The position numbers were made by a program, and so were the translations under genes. 32,000 nt of DNA, from assembly GCA_020025775.1 (NCBI GenBank), contig JAHHRN010000001.1, forward strand, positions 345,348 to 377,347, written 5' to 3'. Of this stretch, positions 1-9,336 are shown piece by piece. Under the pieces are notes generated by a model. That model searched no databases. It had not been told where the DNA came from and was given only the letters and a program-made list of their open reading frames with translations. The first letter of the stretch is position 1. Every line of letters begins with the position of its first letter. Origin of the DNA: Acutalibacter sp. (GTDB taxonomy: Bacteria; Bacillota; Clostridia; Oscillospirales; Acutalibacteraceae).

Positions 1-11
1 CAAAAAGAAAG

Positions 12-45
12 TCCCCTACGGAAATAAAACCGTAGGGGATTTTTG
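12..45. terminator. bidirectional rho-independent terminator
   Basis: There is a perfect 10-bp inverted repeat, TCCCCTACGG (12-21) / CCGTAGGGGA (30-39), with an 8-nt loop. A T-run follows at 40-45 on the + strand. The A-rich stretch at 2-10 reads CTTTCTTTTT on the - strand, so the hairpin can also end the minus-strand NUDIX operon. Confidence 0.7.
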
Positions 46-109
46 GTTTAAATAATCAAAACAGCAATAGAAGAAATCCGCAGAGCTTTGTAGGGGGGCT
101 TTAAAACAG

Positions 110-616
110 TTATTTGTGCAAAGCTAAAAGAGAAAGTGCTCTTTTGGTTGCTTCGGGGCGGCAAATTTTGCAGTCCTTTTCTAAGAGCATATTTTGGAGC
201 GTCTCTAAAGAAACCCAAGAAAAGGAAATGGTTTCGTCATCTTGCAGGCGAATGGCTTCTTTATCGCAATCGGTTTTACAATAGAATACTTTAAAAATAC
301 TGCGGTATTCCTCTGAAACAATCGATTCCAAAAACGTGAACGTACTGCTTTCTATGCCGGTTTCTTCGAATAGCTCACGGCGCGCGCCCTCTTCGGCGGT
401 TTCGCCCTGTAAAACAGAACCTCCGGCGCTGATTTCGTATTTTCCCGGGGCAATGGGCTTTTTAAAATCCCGTTGCATCATGAGAAAATCGCCGTCTGTG
501 TGTTGAACGAGGATTTCCGAAACCACATGATAAACACCCTTCGGCACCGGTTCGCCGCGGCGCAGAGTTTGCCCGGTTTTGACTTCCGCTTTTGTATAAG
601 CATCCCAAAGCTCCAT
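110..616 (-). CDS. NUDIX family hydrolase
   Basis: 168-aa ORF containing a Nudix box, GGSVLQGETAEEGARRELFEETGI (pattern GX5EX7REUXEEXGU). Confidence 0.85.
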   Translation of the reverse strand: MELWDAYTKAEVKTGQTLRRGEPVPKGVYHVVSEILVQHTDGDFLMMQRDFKKPIAPGKYEISAGGSVLQGETAEEGARRELFEETGIESSTFTFLESIVSEEYRSIFKVFYCKTDCDKEAIRLQDDETISFSWVSLETLQNMLLEKDCKICRPEATKRALSLLALHK

Positions 617-646
617 GGTGCTTCTCCTTTTTGAAAGGTTCGGCGT

Positions 647-1510
647 TTAAACGCTGTCTTTATGTATATCGGTGGTCAGCTTAATGTCACCGTTCGCGCC
701 GATGTCGGCAATGATGCCGTTTTCGTCGGCAGAGGTGTGCACCTCTGCCTTAGCATCGTGTAAAAGACGATTTAAAACGTCAGGATAGACGTTTTTCTTG
801 TAATTAAGGATAATAGCTATCTCCGGTGAAAGGCCCTCAATAAAGGGTTTAGAGGAAGAATAGGTCAATCCGTGATGACCGACCTTTAAAAGGTCAATCT
901 TGCCAACCAGATTCGCCAGCTTGCGCTCTGTGCCGAAACCGCGGTTAATGTCGGCGGCCAAAAGAATTCTGGTGCCGTCCTTTTCTAAAAGTGTGGCGAC
1001 GGCATCCACATTTTCGCCGTAGCGTCGCCAGGTTTTCGGTTGAAAATAGAAATAGGTAACTTTAAAATTGCCGAACATAAAGCTTTCACGGTTGAAATCC
1101 GTAATCTGCGGAACACCTCTGGTGCGAAGCGCATCGACCATTTGGTCATAAACCTCTTGATTATCCCACGCCGTGCGTTCAAAGTGATTGATTTTTTTAC
1201 TGTCATAAACACGAAGGTAGGCTTTTTTTACGGTGATTTGTGGATGCAGAATGACGGTGTCGAAGCCGCCGATATGGTCGGAATGGGCGTGCGTGCCTAG
1301 AACAAAATCCAAGGTGACTTGCCCATTTTCGTCCGCGGCGTTTTCCAAAAGGTAGGCAATCACTCTATCTTCATAGCCTTTTAGCTCAAGCTGTTTAAGG
1401 CCGCGCGGATTGTCTGTGTCTTCAGCGGCATCCACGAGCGCAAAGTGCCCGTCGCTCTCTAAGAGAATGCAATCGCTGGAACCTGTGTTTAGGAAATGAA
1501 TTCTGTCCAT
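647..1510 (-). CDS. MBL-fold metallo-hydrolase
   Basis: 287-aa ORF with the metallo-beta-lactamase HxHxDH motif (GTHAHSDHIGG) and a later GHHG. The N-terminal strand LNTGSSDCILLE is typical of the fold. Confidence 0.85.
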   Translation of the reverse strand: MDRIHFLNTGSSDCILLESDGHFALVDAAEDTDNPRGLKQLELKGYEDRVIAYLLENAADENGQVTLDFVLGTHAHSDHIGGFDTVILHPQITVKKAYLRVYDSKKINHFERTAWDNQEVYDQMVDALRTRGVPQITDFNRESFMFGNFKVTYFYFQPKTWRRYGENVDAVATLLEKDGTRILLAADINRGFGTERKLANLVGKIDLLKVGHHGLTYSSSKPFIEGLSPEIAIILNYKKNVYPDVLNRLLHDAKAEVHTSADENGIIADIGANGDIKLTTDIHKDSV

Positions 1511-1531
1511 AAGTTAACCACCTTTCTGATT

Positions 1532-3424
1532 TCAGGAAAGCTCAAACTGTCCTGTATAGAGTTTATAATATCTACCCTTCTGGGAGAGTAAATCCTCGTG
1601 GTCGCCGCGCTCAATGACGCGGCCGTTTTCGAGCACTAAAATCGCATTGGCGTTGCGAACGGTGGAAAGTCTGTGTGCGATAACGAAAACGGTTCTGCCC
1701 TGCATCAAGCGATCCATGCCTTTTTCGATGATGCTTTCGGTGCGGGTGTCGATGGAGCTGGTGGCTTCATCCAGAATCAAAACGGGCGGATCGACAACGG
1801 CGGCGCGGGCAATCGCCAACAGCTGGCGCTGACCTTGACTCAAGTTACTGCCGTCGCCGGTGATAACGGTATCGTAGCCCTCGGGCAAATGACGAATAAA
1901 ATCGTCTGCACCGGAAAGCTTCGCGGCGGCAATGACGTCTTCACGTGTGGCATCCAAATTGCCGTAGCGGATGTTCTCTTCGACCGTGCCGGTAAAGAGG
2001 TGCGTATCCTGTAAAACAGTGGAGAGACTGCGGCGTAAATCATCCTTTTTGATTTTTTGGATGTTGATGCCGTCATAGCGAATCTTGCCGCTTTCAATTT
2101 CGTAGAAACGGTTTAAAAGATTGGTAATGGTGGTTTTGCCGGCACCTGTAGAGCCGACAAGAGCGATTTTTTGACCGGGTTTGGCATAGAGACTCACGTC
2201 ATGGAGAATCTCTTTTTTACCGTCATAGCTAAAGTGCACGTGCTCAAACTGCACGTCGCCCTCGAGCTTTTTATAGGTCACGGAGCCGTCCTCTTGGTGG
2301 ATGTGTTTCCACGCCCAAATACCCGTGTGTTCTTTGCATTCTTCTAAGGTGCCGTTTGCGCTGTAGCGTGCATTTACGAGTGTAACATAGCCGTCGTCGA
2401 GTTCTGCTTTTTGGTCGATGACGTCGAAGATGCGTTCTGCACCGGCGAGCGCGGATAAAATATTATTGAACTGCTGGGTCAGGTTTACAAGCGGGTCAAT
2501 AAAGGAACGGGTGTATTGCAGGAAGGAAGCTACCGTACCGATGGTCAGCACGTTGCCGATGACGAAAGCACCGCCCGATACTGCCACAAGGGTGTAAACG
2601 AGGTGAGAGAAGTTGCCGACAATCGGCCAGAGAATACTGCCGAAGGTTGCCGCATTGGTCGCGGCATGGCGCAGAGCCTCGTTAAGCTCTTTAAAATCTT
2701 CCTGGCTTTTCTTTTCGTGATTAAAGACCTTAATAACCTTTTGCCCCTCAATCATTTCTTCAATAAAGCCGTTTGCTTTGCCGAGCGCTGCCTGCTGTTT
2801 TCTAAAATAGCGGGCACTTTTTTTGCCCAAAAAGCGGATGATGAGCGACATGCAAAGGACGCCCACCGCCATAACAATGGAAAGTCTCCAGCTCAAAACC
2901 AGCATCATAATCGAGGTGGAAAGAATCGAGAGCAGAGACGAAAGGGTCTGTACGAAGCCTGTGCTTAAAAAGTTACGAACGGTGTCCACATCGTTCGTAA
3001 AACGGCTCATCATATCGCCGTGGGTGTGGGTGTCGAAATAGGAAATCGGCAGGGCTTCGGTCGCTTCAAATAAATCATGACGCAGAAGCTTTACCGTGGA
3101 TTGGGAAAGCTGAAGCATGATGCGCGCATAGCCGTAGGAGGCAAGTGCACTGAGTAGGAATACCGTTGCCATAACGCCGAGAAGTTTGAAAAGCGGGGTG
3201 AAATCGGCATTTGCAAGACCGACGGAAATCATGGGGGTTAAATAATCATCAATTAACACCTTTAAAAAGTAAGAGGCGGAAACCATGCCGGCGGTGCTGA
3301 GAGCGACCAGTAAAAATACGGGTAAAAGCAGCCATTTCTGCTTCGCTAAATACGAGAGCAGACGGAAAAAGGTCTTTTTCGTGTTTTTAGGCTTTGCATA
3401 TTTGTTCTTATTCGGTTTTGCCAT
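1532..3424 (-). CDS. ABC exporter, fused permease/ATP-binding subunit (consensus ATP site)
   Basis: 630 aa with an N-terminal multi-TM exporter domain. The NBD has Walker A GSTGAGKTT, signature LSQGQRQ, Walker B plus catalytic Glu VLILDEATS, and H-loop AHRLST. The start overlaps the stop of the upstream partner by 17 nt. Confidence 0.9.
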   Translation of the reverse strand: MAKPNKNKYAKPKNTKKTFFRLLSYLAKQKWLLLPVFLLVALSTAGMVSASYFLKVLIDDYLTPMISVGLANADFTPLFKLLGVMATVFLLSALASYGYARIMLQLSQSTVKLLRHDLFEATEALPISYFDTHTHGDMMSRFTNDVDTVRNFLSTGFVQTLSSLLSILSTSIMMLVLSWRLSIVMAVGVLCMSLIIRFLGKKSARYFRKQQAALGKANGFIEEMIEGQKVIKVFNHEKKSQEDFKELNEALRHAATNAATFGSILWPIVGNFSHLVYTLVAVSGGAFVIGNVLTIGTVASFLQYTRSFIDPLVNLTQQFNNILSALAGAERIFDVIDQKAELDDGYVTLVNARYSANGTLEECKEHTGIWAWKHIHQEDGSVTYKKLEGDVQFEHVHFSYDGKKEILHDVSLYAKPGQKIALVGSTGAGKTTITNLLNRFYEIESGKIRYDGINIQKIKKDDLRRSLSTVLQDTHLFTGTVEENIRYGNLDATREDVIAAAKLSGADDFIRHLPEGYDTVITGDGSNLSQGQRQLLAIARAAVVDPPVLILDEATSSIDTRTESIIEKGMDRLMQGRTVFVIAHRLSTVRNANAILVLENGRVIERGDHEDLLSQKGRYYKLYTGQFELS

Positions 3425-5168
3425 CAGAAAGACCTCCTTCCTGCTGTAACGTGCCTTTCTGCTGGGAAAGGTAGATCTCTTCGTAAACGGGACAGCGTTC
3501 GAGAAGCTCCTCGTGTGTGCCCATGTCCTCGATTTTGCCGCTGTTTAACACGATGATTTTATCGGCATCCATCACGGAGGTGATGCGCTGGGCGATGATA
3601 AACACGGTGGTATCGGGGATTTCTTTGCGGAATGCCGCACGGATTTTGCTGTCGGTAATGGTATCCACGGCGCTCGTGGAGTCATCCAAAATTAAAATTC
3701 GGGGCTTCTTTAAGAGGGCGCGTGCGATGCAAAGACGCTGTTTTTGACCGCCGGAAACATTGACGCCGCCCTGTCCCAAATCGGTTTCATAGCCGTCGGG
3801 GAAGCTTTCAATGAAGTCATGCGCCTGTGCGGCTTTGCAGGCTTCGATAATTTCTTCCTTTGTGGCGTTTTCATTGCCCCAACGCAGGTTTTCTAAGATA
3901 CTGCCCGAAAAAAGAACGTTCTTTTGCAGAACCATACTGCAAGCTTCGCGGAGGGTTTCAATAGAATAATCCTTTACGTTTTTACCCGAGACGAGCACTT
4001 CGCCTTCGGTGACATCGTAAAGACGGGGAATCAGGCTTAAAAGGGTGGTTTTTGCACTGCCCGTGCCGCCGACGATGCCGATGGTTTCACCTGATTTTAC
4101 CGAGAATGAAACGTGGTCTACCACGTTTTCTGCACCCTCGGGGTTGTATTTAAAGGAAACGTCTTTAAACTCGACACTGCCGGTGGGAATGGGGGCGGTG
4201 TCGGCATTTTCTTTGTCCTTAATTTGCGGTTCTTCGTTTAAGACCTCACAAATTCTCGAAATGGATGCGCGTGCCAAAACATAGTTGACAAGGAGCATCG
4301 CAATCATTACGAGAGACATGAGAATTTGCATGATGTAGGTGACAACGGTGGTGAATTTACCGATTTCAAGCTCACCTGCCACGATGAGGCGCGAGCTTAA
4401 ATACACAATAACCAAAATGGTAGCGTATAAAACGAGCATCATGAGGGGCTGTGCAGTTACCATGAGACGCTCTGCGGAAATGGCGGCGTTTACAAGGTTG
4501 CTGTTTGCCTTTTCGAATTTCTGCTTTTCAAAGGGCTCACGGGCAAAGGCCTTGACCACACGGATGCCGATGAGGTTTTCCTGCAGGGAGGCATTAAGAC
4601 CGTCGAACATACCCATCATTTTTTTAAACCTTTTCATCGCGAGAGGTCCGAAGATGAGCATAAAGCAGACAATAAGCGGAATGACGAATAAAAAGACCAC
4701 CGAAACCTTACGGTTAATGCGGAAGCACAGAATAAGTGCGGATACGAACTGCACGGGCGCACGGAAGGTCATGCGCAGGAGCATTTGGTAAACGTTCTGC
4801 ACTGTGGTGACATCGGTCGTCATACGGGTGACGAGAGATGCGGTGGAAAATTTGTCGATGTTCGCAAAGGAAAATTCCTGCATGCGACCGAACATGGCCT
4901 CGCGCACATTGGCACCGAGACCCATGGCGGCAATCGAAGAAAGACGTGCCGCGCTCGCACCGCAAATCAGGGCGCAAAGCGCAAAGGTCAGCATCTTTGC
5001 ACCTGTTCTGAGAATATAGGGCATGTTTGCTTCTGCAATACCGACGTCGATAATATCTGCCATGTAATACGGGATGAAAAGCTCGAAAATAACTTCTGCA
5101 ATCATCAAAAACGGACAAATGATCGAGTGGATTCGATAAGCTTTAGCGTAGGGAAATAGCTTATGCAT
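3408..5168 (-). CDS. ABC exporter, fused permease/ATP-binding subunit (degenerate ATP site)
   Basis: 586 aa with a TMD and an NBD carrying Walker A GGTGSAKTT and signature VSGGQKQR. Walker B reads ILILDDSTS, so Asp replaces the catalytic Glu. AQRITS sits where the H-loop His is expected. This pattern is typical of the degenerate half of heterodimeric exporters. Confidence 0.9.
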   Translation of the reverse strand: MHKLFPYAKAYRIHSIICPFLMIAEVIFELFIPYYMADIIDVGIAEANMPYILRTGAKMLTFALCALICGASAARLSSIAAMGLGANVREAMFGRMQEFSFANIDKFSTASLVTRMTTDVTTVQNVYQMLLRMTFRAPVQFVSALILCFRINRKVSVVFLFVIPLIVCFMLIFGPLAMKRFKKMMGMFDGLNASLQENLIGIRVVKAFAREPFEKQKFEKANSNLVNAAISAERLMVTAQPLMMLVLYATILVIVYLSSRLIVAGELEIGKFTTVVTYIMQILMSLVMIAMLLVNYVLARASISRICEVLNEEPQIKDKENADTAPIPTGSVEFKDVSFKYNPEGAENVVDHVSFSVKSGETIGIVGGTGSAKTTLLSLIPRLYDVTEGEVLVSGKNVKDYSIETLREACSMVLQKNVLFSGSILENLRWGNENATKEEIIEACKAAQAHDFIESFPDGYETDLGQGGVNVSGGQKQRLCIARALLKKPRILILDDSTSAVDTITDSKIRAAFRKEIPDTTVFIIAQRITSVMDADKIIVLNSGKIEDMGTHEELLERCPVYEEIYLSQQKGTLQQEGGLSDGKTE

Positions 5169-5412
5169 GTGTTCTGCCTCGTTTCTTTTCTAATAAAACC
5201 ATAGTTTAAAAATGCGAATAAAAATGTATATCATTATATTTTAGGCGTTTTATAGACATTTGTCAACAGGAGCAGAGGGGCAGGAACAGTGCATTTTAGT
5301 GATAATGAACATAATTTTAAAAAGTGTTGTTCTAGGATTTCTGCAATTTCGTGCACTTCGGACTATGGGTGAAAGCGCTTGATTCCAAACACCGAAGAAA
5401 GGACGAAAAAGC

Positions 5413-5910
5413 ATGGAAAAAAAGAAGAAACTCAGTAAAAAGCAAGCGGATTTTTGCAGATTTTATGTAAAAACGCGCAACGGCAGGGAAGCGGCACGCG
5501 CCGCAGGCTTTCCCGTTTTTCCCGAGCAAACGGCAAATAAGCTGCTCTCGGAAAAGGCGGTGCAAAAGGAGATTGCCGCCCTCGAAGCCGAGGAAAAAAC
5601 CGTGGAGGCGGAGCTGATTGCAGGCTATCGCCGTTTGGCGTTCGGCTCGGCGGCAGATGCGGTGCGCCTGCTCTTTTCAGAAAATCCCGCCGCGGAATTT
5701 GACCTCGACAGCCTCGATTTATTTATGGTTTCGGAAATTAAGAGACCCAAAACGGGCGGCATGGAGATTAAATTTTTCGACCGCTTAAAGGCACTCGAGA
5801 AGCTGGCGGAATTAAAGGGCGGCGACAAGGAGACGGCAGAGCCCTTCTATAAGGCCCTCGAAAAATCAGCGTTGGCGCTCCAAAACGGCGGTGAAACAGC
5901 ATGCGAATAG
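5413..5910 (+). CDS. terS: phage terminase small subunit
   Basis: 165 aa. The N-terminus LSKKQADFCRFYVKTRNGREAARAAGFPVFPEQTANKLL matches the HTH signature of Terminase_2-type small subunits. It lies immediately upstream of terL and overlaps it (ATGCGAATAG at 5901-5910). Confidence 0.8.
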   Translation: MEKKKKLSKKQADFCRFYVKTRNGREAARAAGFPVFPEQTANKLLSEKAVQKEIAALEAEEKTVEAELIAGYRRLAFGSAADAVRLLFSENPAAEFDLDSLDLFMVSEIKRPKTGGMEIKFFDRLKALEKLAELKGGDKETAEPFYKALEKSALALQNGGETACE

Positions 5911-7166
5911 ACGAATTCACCGAGTTTTCCGAAAAGCAGTTAAAGCTGCTTTGCTGGTGGTGTCAGGACAGCCCCTATAAAAATCGCGATGCGGTCATTT
6001 GCGACGGTGCGGTGCGCAGCGGCAAAACGGTCTGCATGTCGCTGTCGTTCATCTTTTGGGCGTTTTACCGCTTCAATGACACCTCGTTTGCGCTTTGCGG
6101 CAAAACGATTATGGGGCTTCGTCGCAATGTATTAACACCGCTTTTGCCCCTGCTTTCCCAACTGGGCTTTACCTGCAAGGAGCAGGTTTCCAAGCATTAT
6201 TTAGAAATTTCTAAGGGAGAAAGAACCAATCGCTTTTATCTTTTCGGCGGCAAGGATGAATCCTCTGCCGCACTCATTCAGGGTATGACCCTTGGCGGCG
6301 TCATGCTCGACGAAGCGGCACTGATGCCACGTTCGTTTTGCGAACAGGCGATTGCACGTTGTTCCTTAGAGGGCGCAAAGCTCTGGTTCAACTGCAATCC
6401 CGAGCATCCCGCACACTGGTTTTATAAGGAATGGATTTTGAAAAGTGAGGAGAAAAACTGCCTATATCTCCATTTTCAAATGGAGGACAATCCCACGCTT
6501 TCCGAAAAGACCCTACAGCGTTACCGAAGCCTTTACAGCGGCGCGTTTTATAAGCGCTTCGTTTTAGGGCAGTGGGTGGCGCAGGACGGGCTTGTTTATC
6601 CGTTCTTTGACTCGACCTATCTCTTTGATGCACCGAAAACATGCAGTCGTTATATCGTTTCGTGTGACTACGGCACAGTCAACCCGACTTCTATGGGTCT
6701 TTGGGGCGAAAAGGACGGCTGTTGGTATCGCTTGAAGGAATTCTATCACGACTCAAAGCAGAAAGGCTTTCAAATGACCGACGAGGAATATTACCGTTCG
6801 CTTTGCACTCTCGTCGGCTCACGTAAGGTGGAGCGTGTGATTGTTGACCCCTCGGCGGCATCCTTTATCGCGTGCATCAAGCGGCACGGCAAATTCACCG
6901 TGACCCGCGCGCAAAACGATGTTTTAAGCGGTATTCGCAAGACCTCGGATGCACTCAAAAACAAGGAGATTCGTATAACCAAGGAGTGTACGGATGCTAT
7001 TCGCGAATTTTCACTTTATCGCTGGGATGAAAGTGCCCGTTACGATGCGGTGAAAAAAGAGCATGACCACGCTATGGATGATATCCGTTATTTTGTGACA
7101 ACAGCACTCGAAGCGGAAGAGGACAGCTTCTTTGTTCTCACGACCGCGAGAGAAGGGAGGTGCTGA
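5901..7166 (+). CDS. terL: phage terminase large subunit
   Basis: 421 aa with Walker A GAVRSGKT and Walker B GGVMLDEAA. The C-terminal nuclease-domain acidic motifs VIVDPSAASF and DHAMDDIRY are characteristic of PBSX/SPP1-like TerL. Confidence 0.9.
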   Translation: MRIDEFTEFSEKQLKLLCWWCQDSPYKNRDAVICDGAVRSGKTVCMSLSFIFWAFYRFNDTSFALCGKTIMGLRRNVLTPLLPLLSQLGFTCKEQVSKHYLEISKGERTNRFYLFGGKDESSAALIQGMTLGGVMLDEAALMPRSFCEQAIARCSLEGAKLWFNCNPEHPAHWFYKEWILKSEEKNCLYLHFQMEDNPTLSEKTLQRYRSLYSGAFYKRFVLGQWVAQDGLVYPFFDSTYLFDAPKTCSRYIVSCDYGTVNPTSMGLWGEKDGCWYRLKEFYHDSKQKGFQMTDEEYYRSLCTLVGSRKVERVIVDPSAASFIACIKRHGKFTVTRAQNDVLSGIRKTSDALKNKEIRITKECTDAIREFSLYRWDESARYDAVKKEHDHAMDDIRYFVTTALEAEEDSFFVLTTAREGRC

Positions 7167-7167
7167 T

Positions 7168-8364
7168 TTGGCTATTTTAGAAAGATTCAGAAAATCCAAA
7201 ACTAGAAAAGAACAGAAAGAGCCTGTGCTTTCGGTAGAGGGACAGGAAAAGAAGCATCCGTTTTTACTGCTTTCAGAATATGTCGCACCGCCGTCTGTGA
7301 GCGGGGATTTATTTTTATCTTTGCGCGAAGCGATTCCGATTATTGACGCGGCGATTACGAAGCTCGTTAGGCTCACCGGCGGCTTTTATGTGGAATGCGA
7401 TTCCCCGCGTTTTCAAAAGGTTTTGGACCGCTTTCAGGAGGAAATCCCCTCGGACTGCGGCAGTGTATCGCTCCAAAGCTTTCTCGATACCTATTTTGAG
7501 GAGCTTTTGACCTTCGGCACGGCAGTGGCGGAAATGGTAAAGGATGAGGACGGCGCGATTTCCTATTTATATACCGCGCCGCGTAAGGATTACCTTTTAA
7601 AGCGCTCCAAAACGGATTTCAAACGGGCACAGGTGCTTTTAAATGACGGCGGCAACGGGACTCCACTTCCGAGACAGGAAAATTTCCTCACTACGGCGCT
7701 CAACGCCCAGCCCGGTGCGGTATACGGCACATCCATTTTAGAGGGCTTGCCGTTTGTCAGCTCCGTGCTTTTGAAAATCTATGAATCCATAGAGAAAAAC
7801 TGGGAGCGTGTGGGCAATGTGCGTTTCGCCGTGACCTATAAGCCGCCGGAGGATTTGGGCGGTAAGGCGTTCGCGAAAGAACGTGCGATGCAGATTGCTA
7901 ACGAGTGGAGCAGTGCGATGCGTAGCGCCGAGGTGCGCGATTTTGTGTCGGTCGGGGATGTGCAGATTAAAGCTATCGGTGCGGATAATCCGATTTTAGA
8001 CAGTGAAATCCCCGTGCGCCAGATGCTCGAGCAGATTGTGGCGAAGCTCTCTTTGCCGCCGTTCATGCTTGGTCTTTCCTGGTCGACCACCGAACGTATG
8101 GCGGCGGAGCAGGAGGATGTTTTAACAACGGAGCTTTTGCACTATCGCCGTGTGCTCACCCCTGTCATCCAGCAAATCTGCAAAACGCATTTGCTCGCCT
8201 TCGGCTACACGGGTGAGATTCGCGTGCACTGGAAGGACATCACCTTAGAGGATACACTCGACAGGGCACAGGTACGCAATTTGGATGCCAAGACACAGGA
8301 AATCTTAGAAAAGCTCTCGAAAGAGGGCAAAAAAGAGGAGGAAGAACATGCAAAAGAGCTTTGA
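7168..8364 (+). CDS. putative phage portal protein
   Basis: About 400 aa, directly between terL and the protease gene, with an acidic C-terminal tail. I prefer the TTG at 7168 because GGGAGG lies 7 nt upstream and it sits 1 nt after the terL stop. The ORF track begins at an in-frame TTG at 7132. The function is assigned from size and position only. Confidence 0.6.
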   Translation: MAILERFRKSKTRKEQKEPVLSVEGQEKKHPFLLLSEYVAPPSVSGDLFLSLREAIPIIDAAITKLVRLTGGFYVECDSPRFQKVLDRFQEEIPSDCGSVSLQSFLDTYFEELLTFGTAVAEMVKDEDGAISYLYTAPRKDYLLKRSKTDFKRAQVLLNDGGNGTPLPRQENFLTTALNAQPGAVYGTSILEGLPFVSSVLLKIYESIEKNWERVGNVRFAVTYKPPEDLGGKAFAKERAMQIANEWSSAMRSAEVRDFVSVGDVQIKAIGADNPILDSEIPVRQMLEQIVAKLSLPPFMLGLSWSTTERMAAEQEDVLTTELLHYRRVLTPVIQQICKTHLLAFGYTGEIRVHWKDITLEDTLDRAQVRNLDAKTQEILEKLSKEGKKEEEEHAKEL

Positions 8365-9316
8365 CGCGAATGCGGCGGGCACAGAGGTGCCGAGCGACGA
8401 AACCATGGCGCTCATCAACCGCTTTACGCAAAAGGAGCTGGGAAAGGATGAGGTCTTTGTCTTTTCCGCCGTGCTTTGCGACAACGAAATCGACCGTGAT
8501 TTCGAACGCTTTTCGGCAGAAAGCTTAAAAGCCCTTGCCCCCTTGTTTTTGGGCAAGACGGCAATTAAAAATCACAGCATGAATGCCGATGACCAGAGCG
8601 CCAGAACCTTTAAAACGGAGGTGATTTGCGACGAAACACGAAAGAACAGCCTCGGCGAGCCTTACACCTATTTAAAGGCTTATTGCTATATGCCGAGACT
8701 GCCCAAAAACGAAGAACTGATTGCGGAAATCGGTGCAGGTATTAAAAAGGAGGTCTCGGTGAGCTGTGCGGTGCAAAAGGCGGTTTGCTCCGTCTGTGGT
8801 AAGGATGAAAGACAGGAGCCTTGCCAGCATCGCCGCGGCAGAATCTACGGCGACACCCTTTGCCATTTCAGCTTAGAAGAGCCGACCGATGCCTATGAGT
8901 GGTCCTTTGTTGCCGTGCCTGCACAGAAAAATGCGGGTGTGACCAAGAGCTTTTCTCTCGAAAAGGTTTTGGAAAAGGCGGTGAAAACCGAAAAGGCCGA
9001 GGGAATTTATCTCACCAAGGCCGAAGCCGGTAAACTGCAAAAGGAATTTGCGGCGTTAAAGGCAAAAGCGGCGGACGGAGAGCGTTATTTGGCGGTATTG
9101 CGCGAAACGTTTCTGAAAGAAAGTGCTAAGGCGTTCCCGACGTTTTCCGAGGAAATGCGTCAGGCGATTTGCCGTGACCTTTCCACCGAAGAGCTGCAAA
9201 CCGCCTGCGAGGCATTTAAAGAAGCCCGCAAAACGGCGCAAATCCCCGTACCGCTTTTGGCGGCAAGAAAAAACACAGGTGAAAAAGCCGTGCAGAATAC
9301 GGCATTCAAATTTTAA
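8348..9316 (+). CDS. putative prohead protease fused to a scaffold-like C-terminal domain
   Basis: 322 aa with a strong SD (GAGGAGG) 6 nt before the ATG. The N-terminal half has S78-like elements: DRDFERF, GKTAIKNH and VSVSC. The C-terminal ~120 aa is A/K/E-rich and helical-looking (KAEAGKLQKEFAALKAKAADGERYL), like a scaffolding domain. It occupies the canonical position between portal and capsid. Confidence 0.5.
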   Translation: MQKSFDANAAGTEVPSDETMALINRFTQKELGKDEVFVFSAVLCDNEIDRDFERFSAESLKALAPLFLGKTAIKNHSMNADDQSARTFKTEVICDETRKNSLGEPYTYLKAYCYMPRLPKNEELIAEIGAGIKKEVSVSCAVQKAVCSVCGKDERQEPCQHRRGRIYGDTLCHFSLEEPTDAYEWSFVAVPAQKNAGVTKSFSLEKVLEKAVKTEKAEGIYLTKAEAGKLQKEFAALKAKAADGERYLAVLRETFLKESAKAFPTFSEEMRQAICRDLSTEELQTACEAFKEARKTAQIPVPLLAARKNTGEKAVQNTAFKF

Positions 9317-9336
9317 AAGAGAAAGGAAATGTTATT

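Noticed and set aside
1614-5159. Many 60-150-aa ORFs on both strands inside the two ABC transporter genes (for example 2516-2968 +, 4339-4791 +, 4714-5118 -, 4785-5159 +).
   Set aside because: They are shadow frames of two full-length ABC genes with complete motif sets. None has a convincing SD or a recognisable motif.
5332-5565. 77-aa minus-strand ORF spanning the terS start region.
   Set aside because: It overlaps the terS start and the intergenic region, its sequence is Phe/Leu/Arg-rich and odd, and it has no SD. The terS assignment is far stronger.
7132-7167. Upstream TTG start for the portal gene given by the ORF track.
   Set aside because: It would overlap terL by 35 nt and has no SD. 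The in-frame TTG at 7168 follows GGGAGG at correct spacing and sits right after the terL stop. The choice remains unproven.
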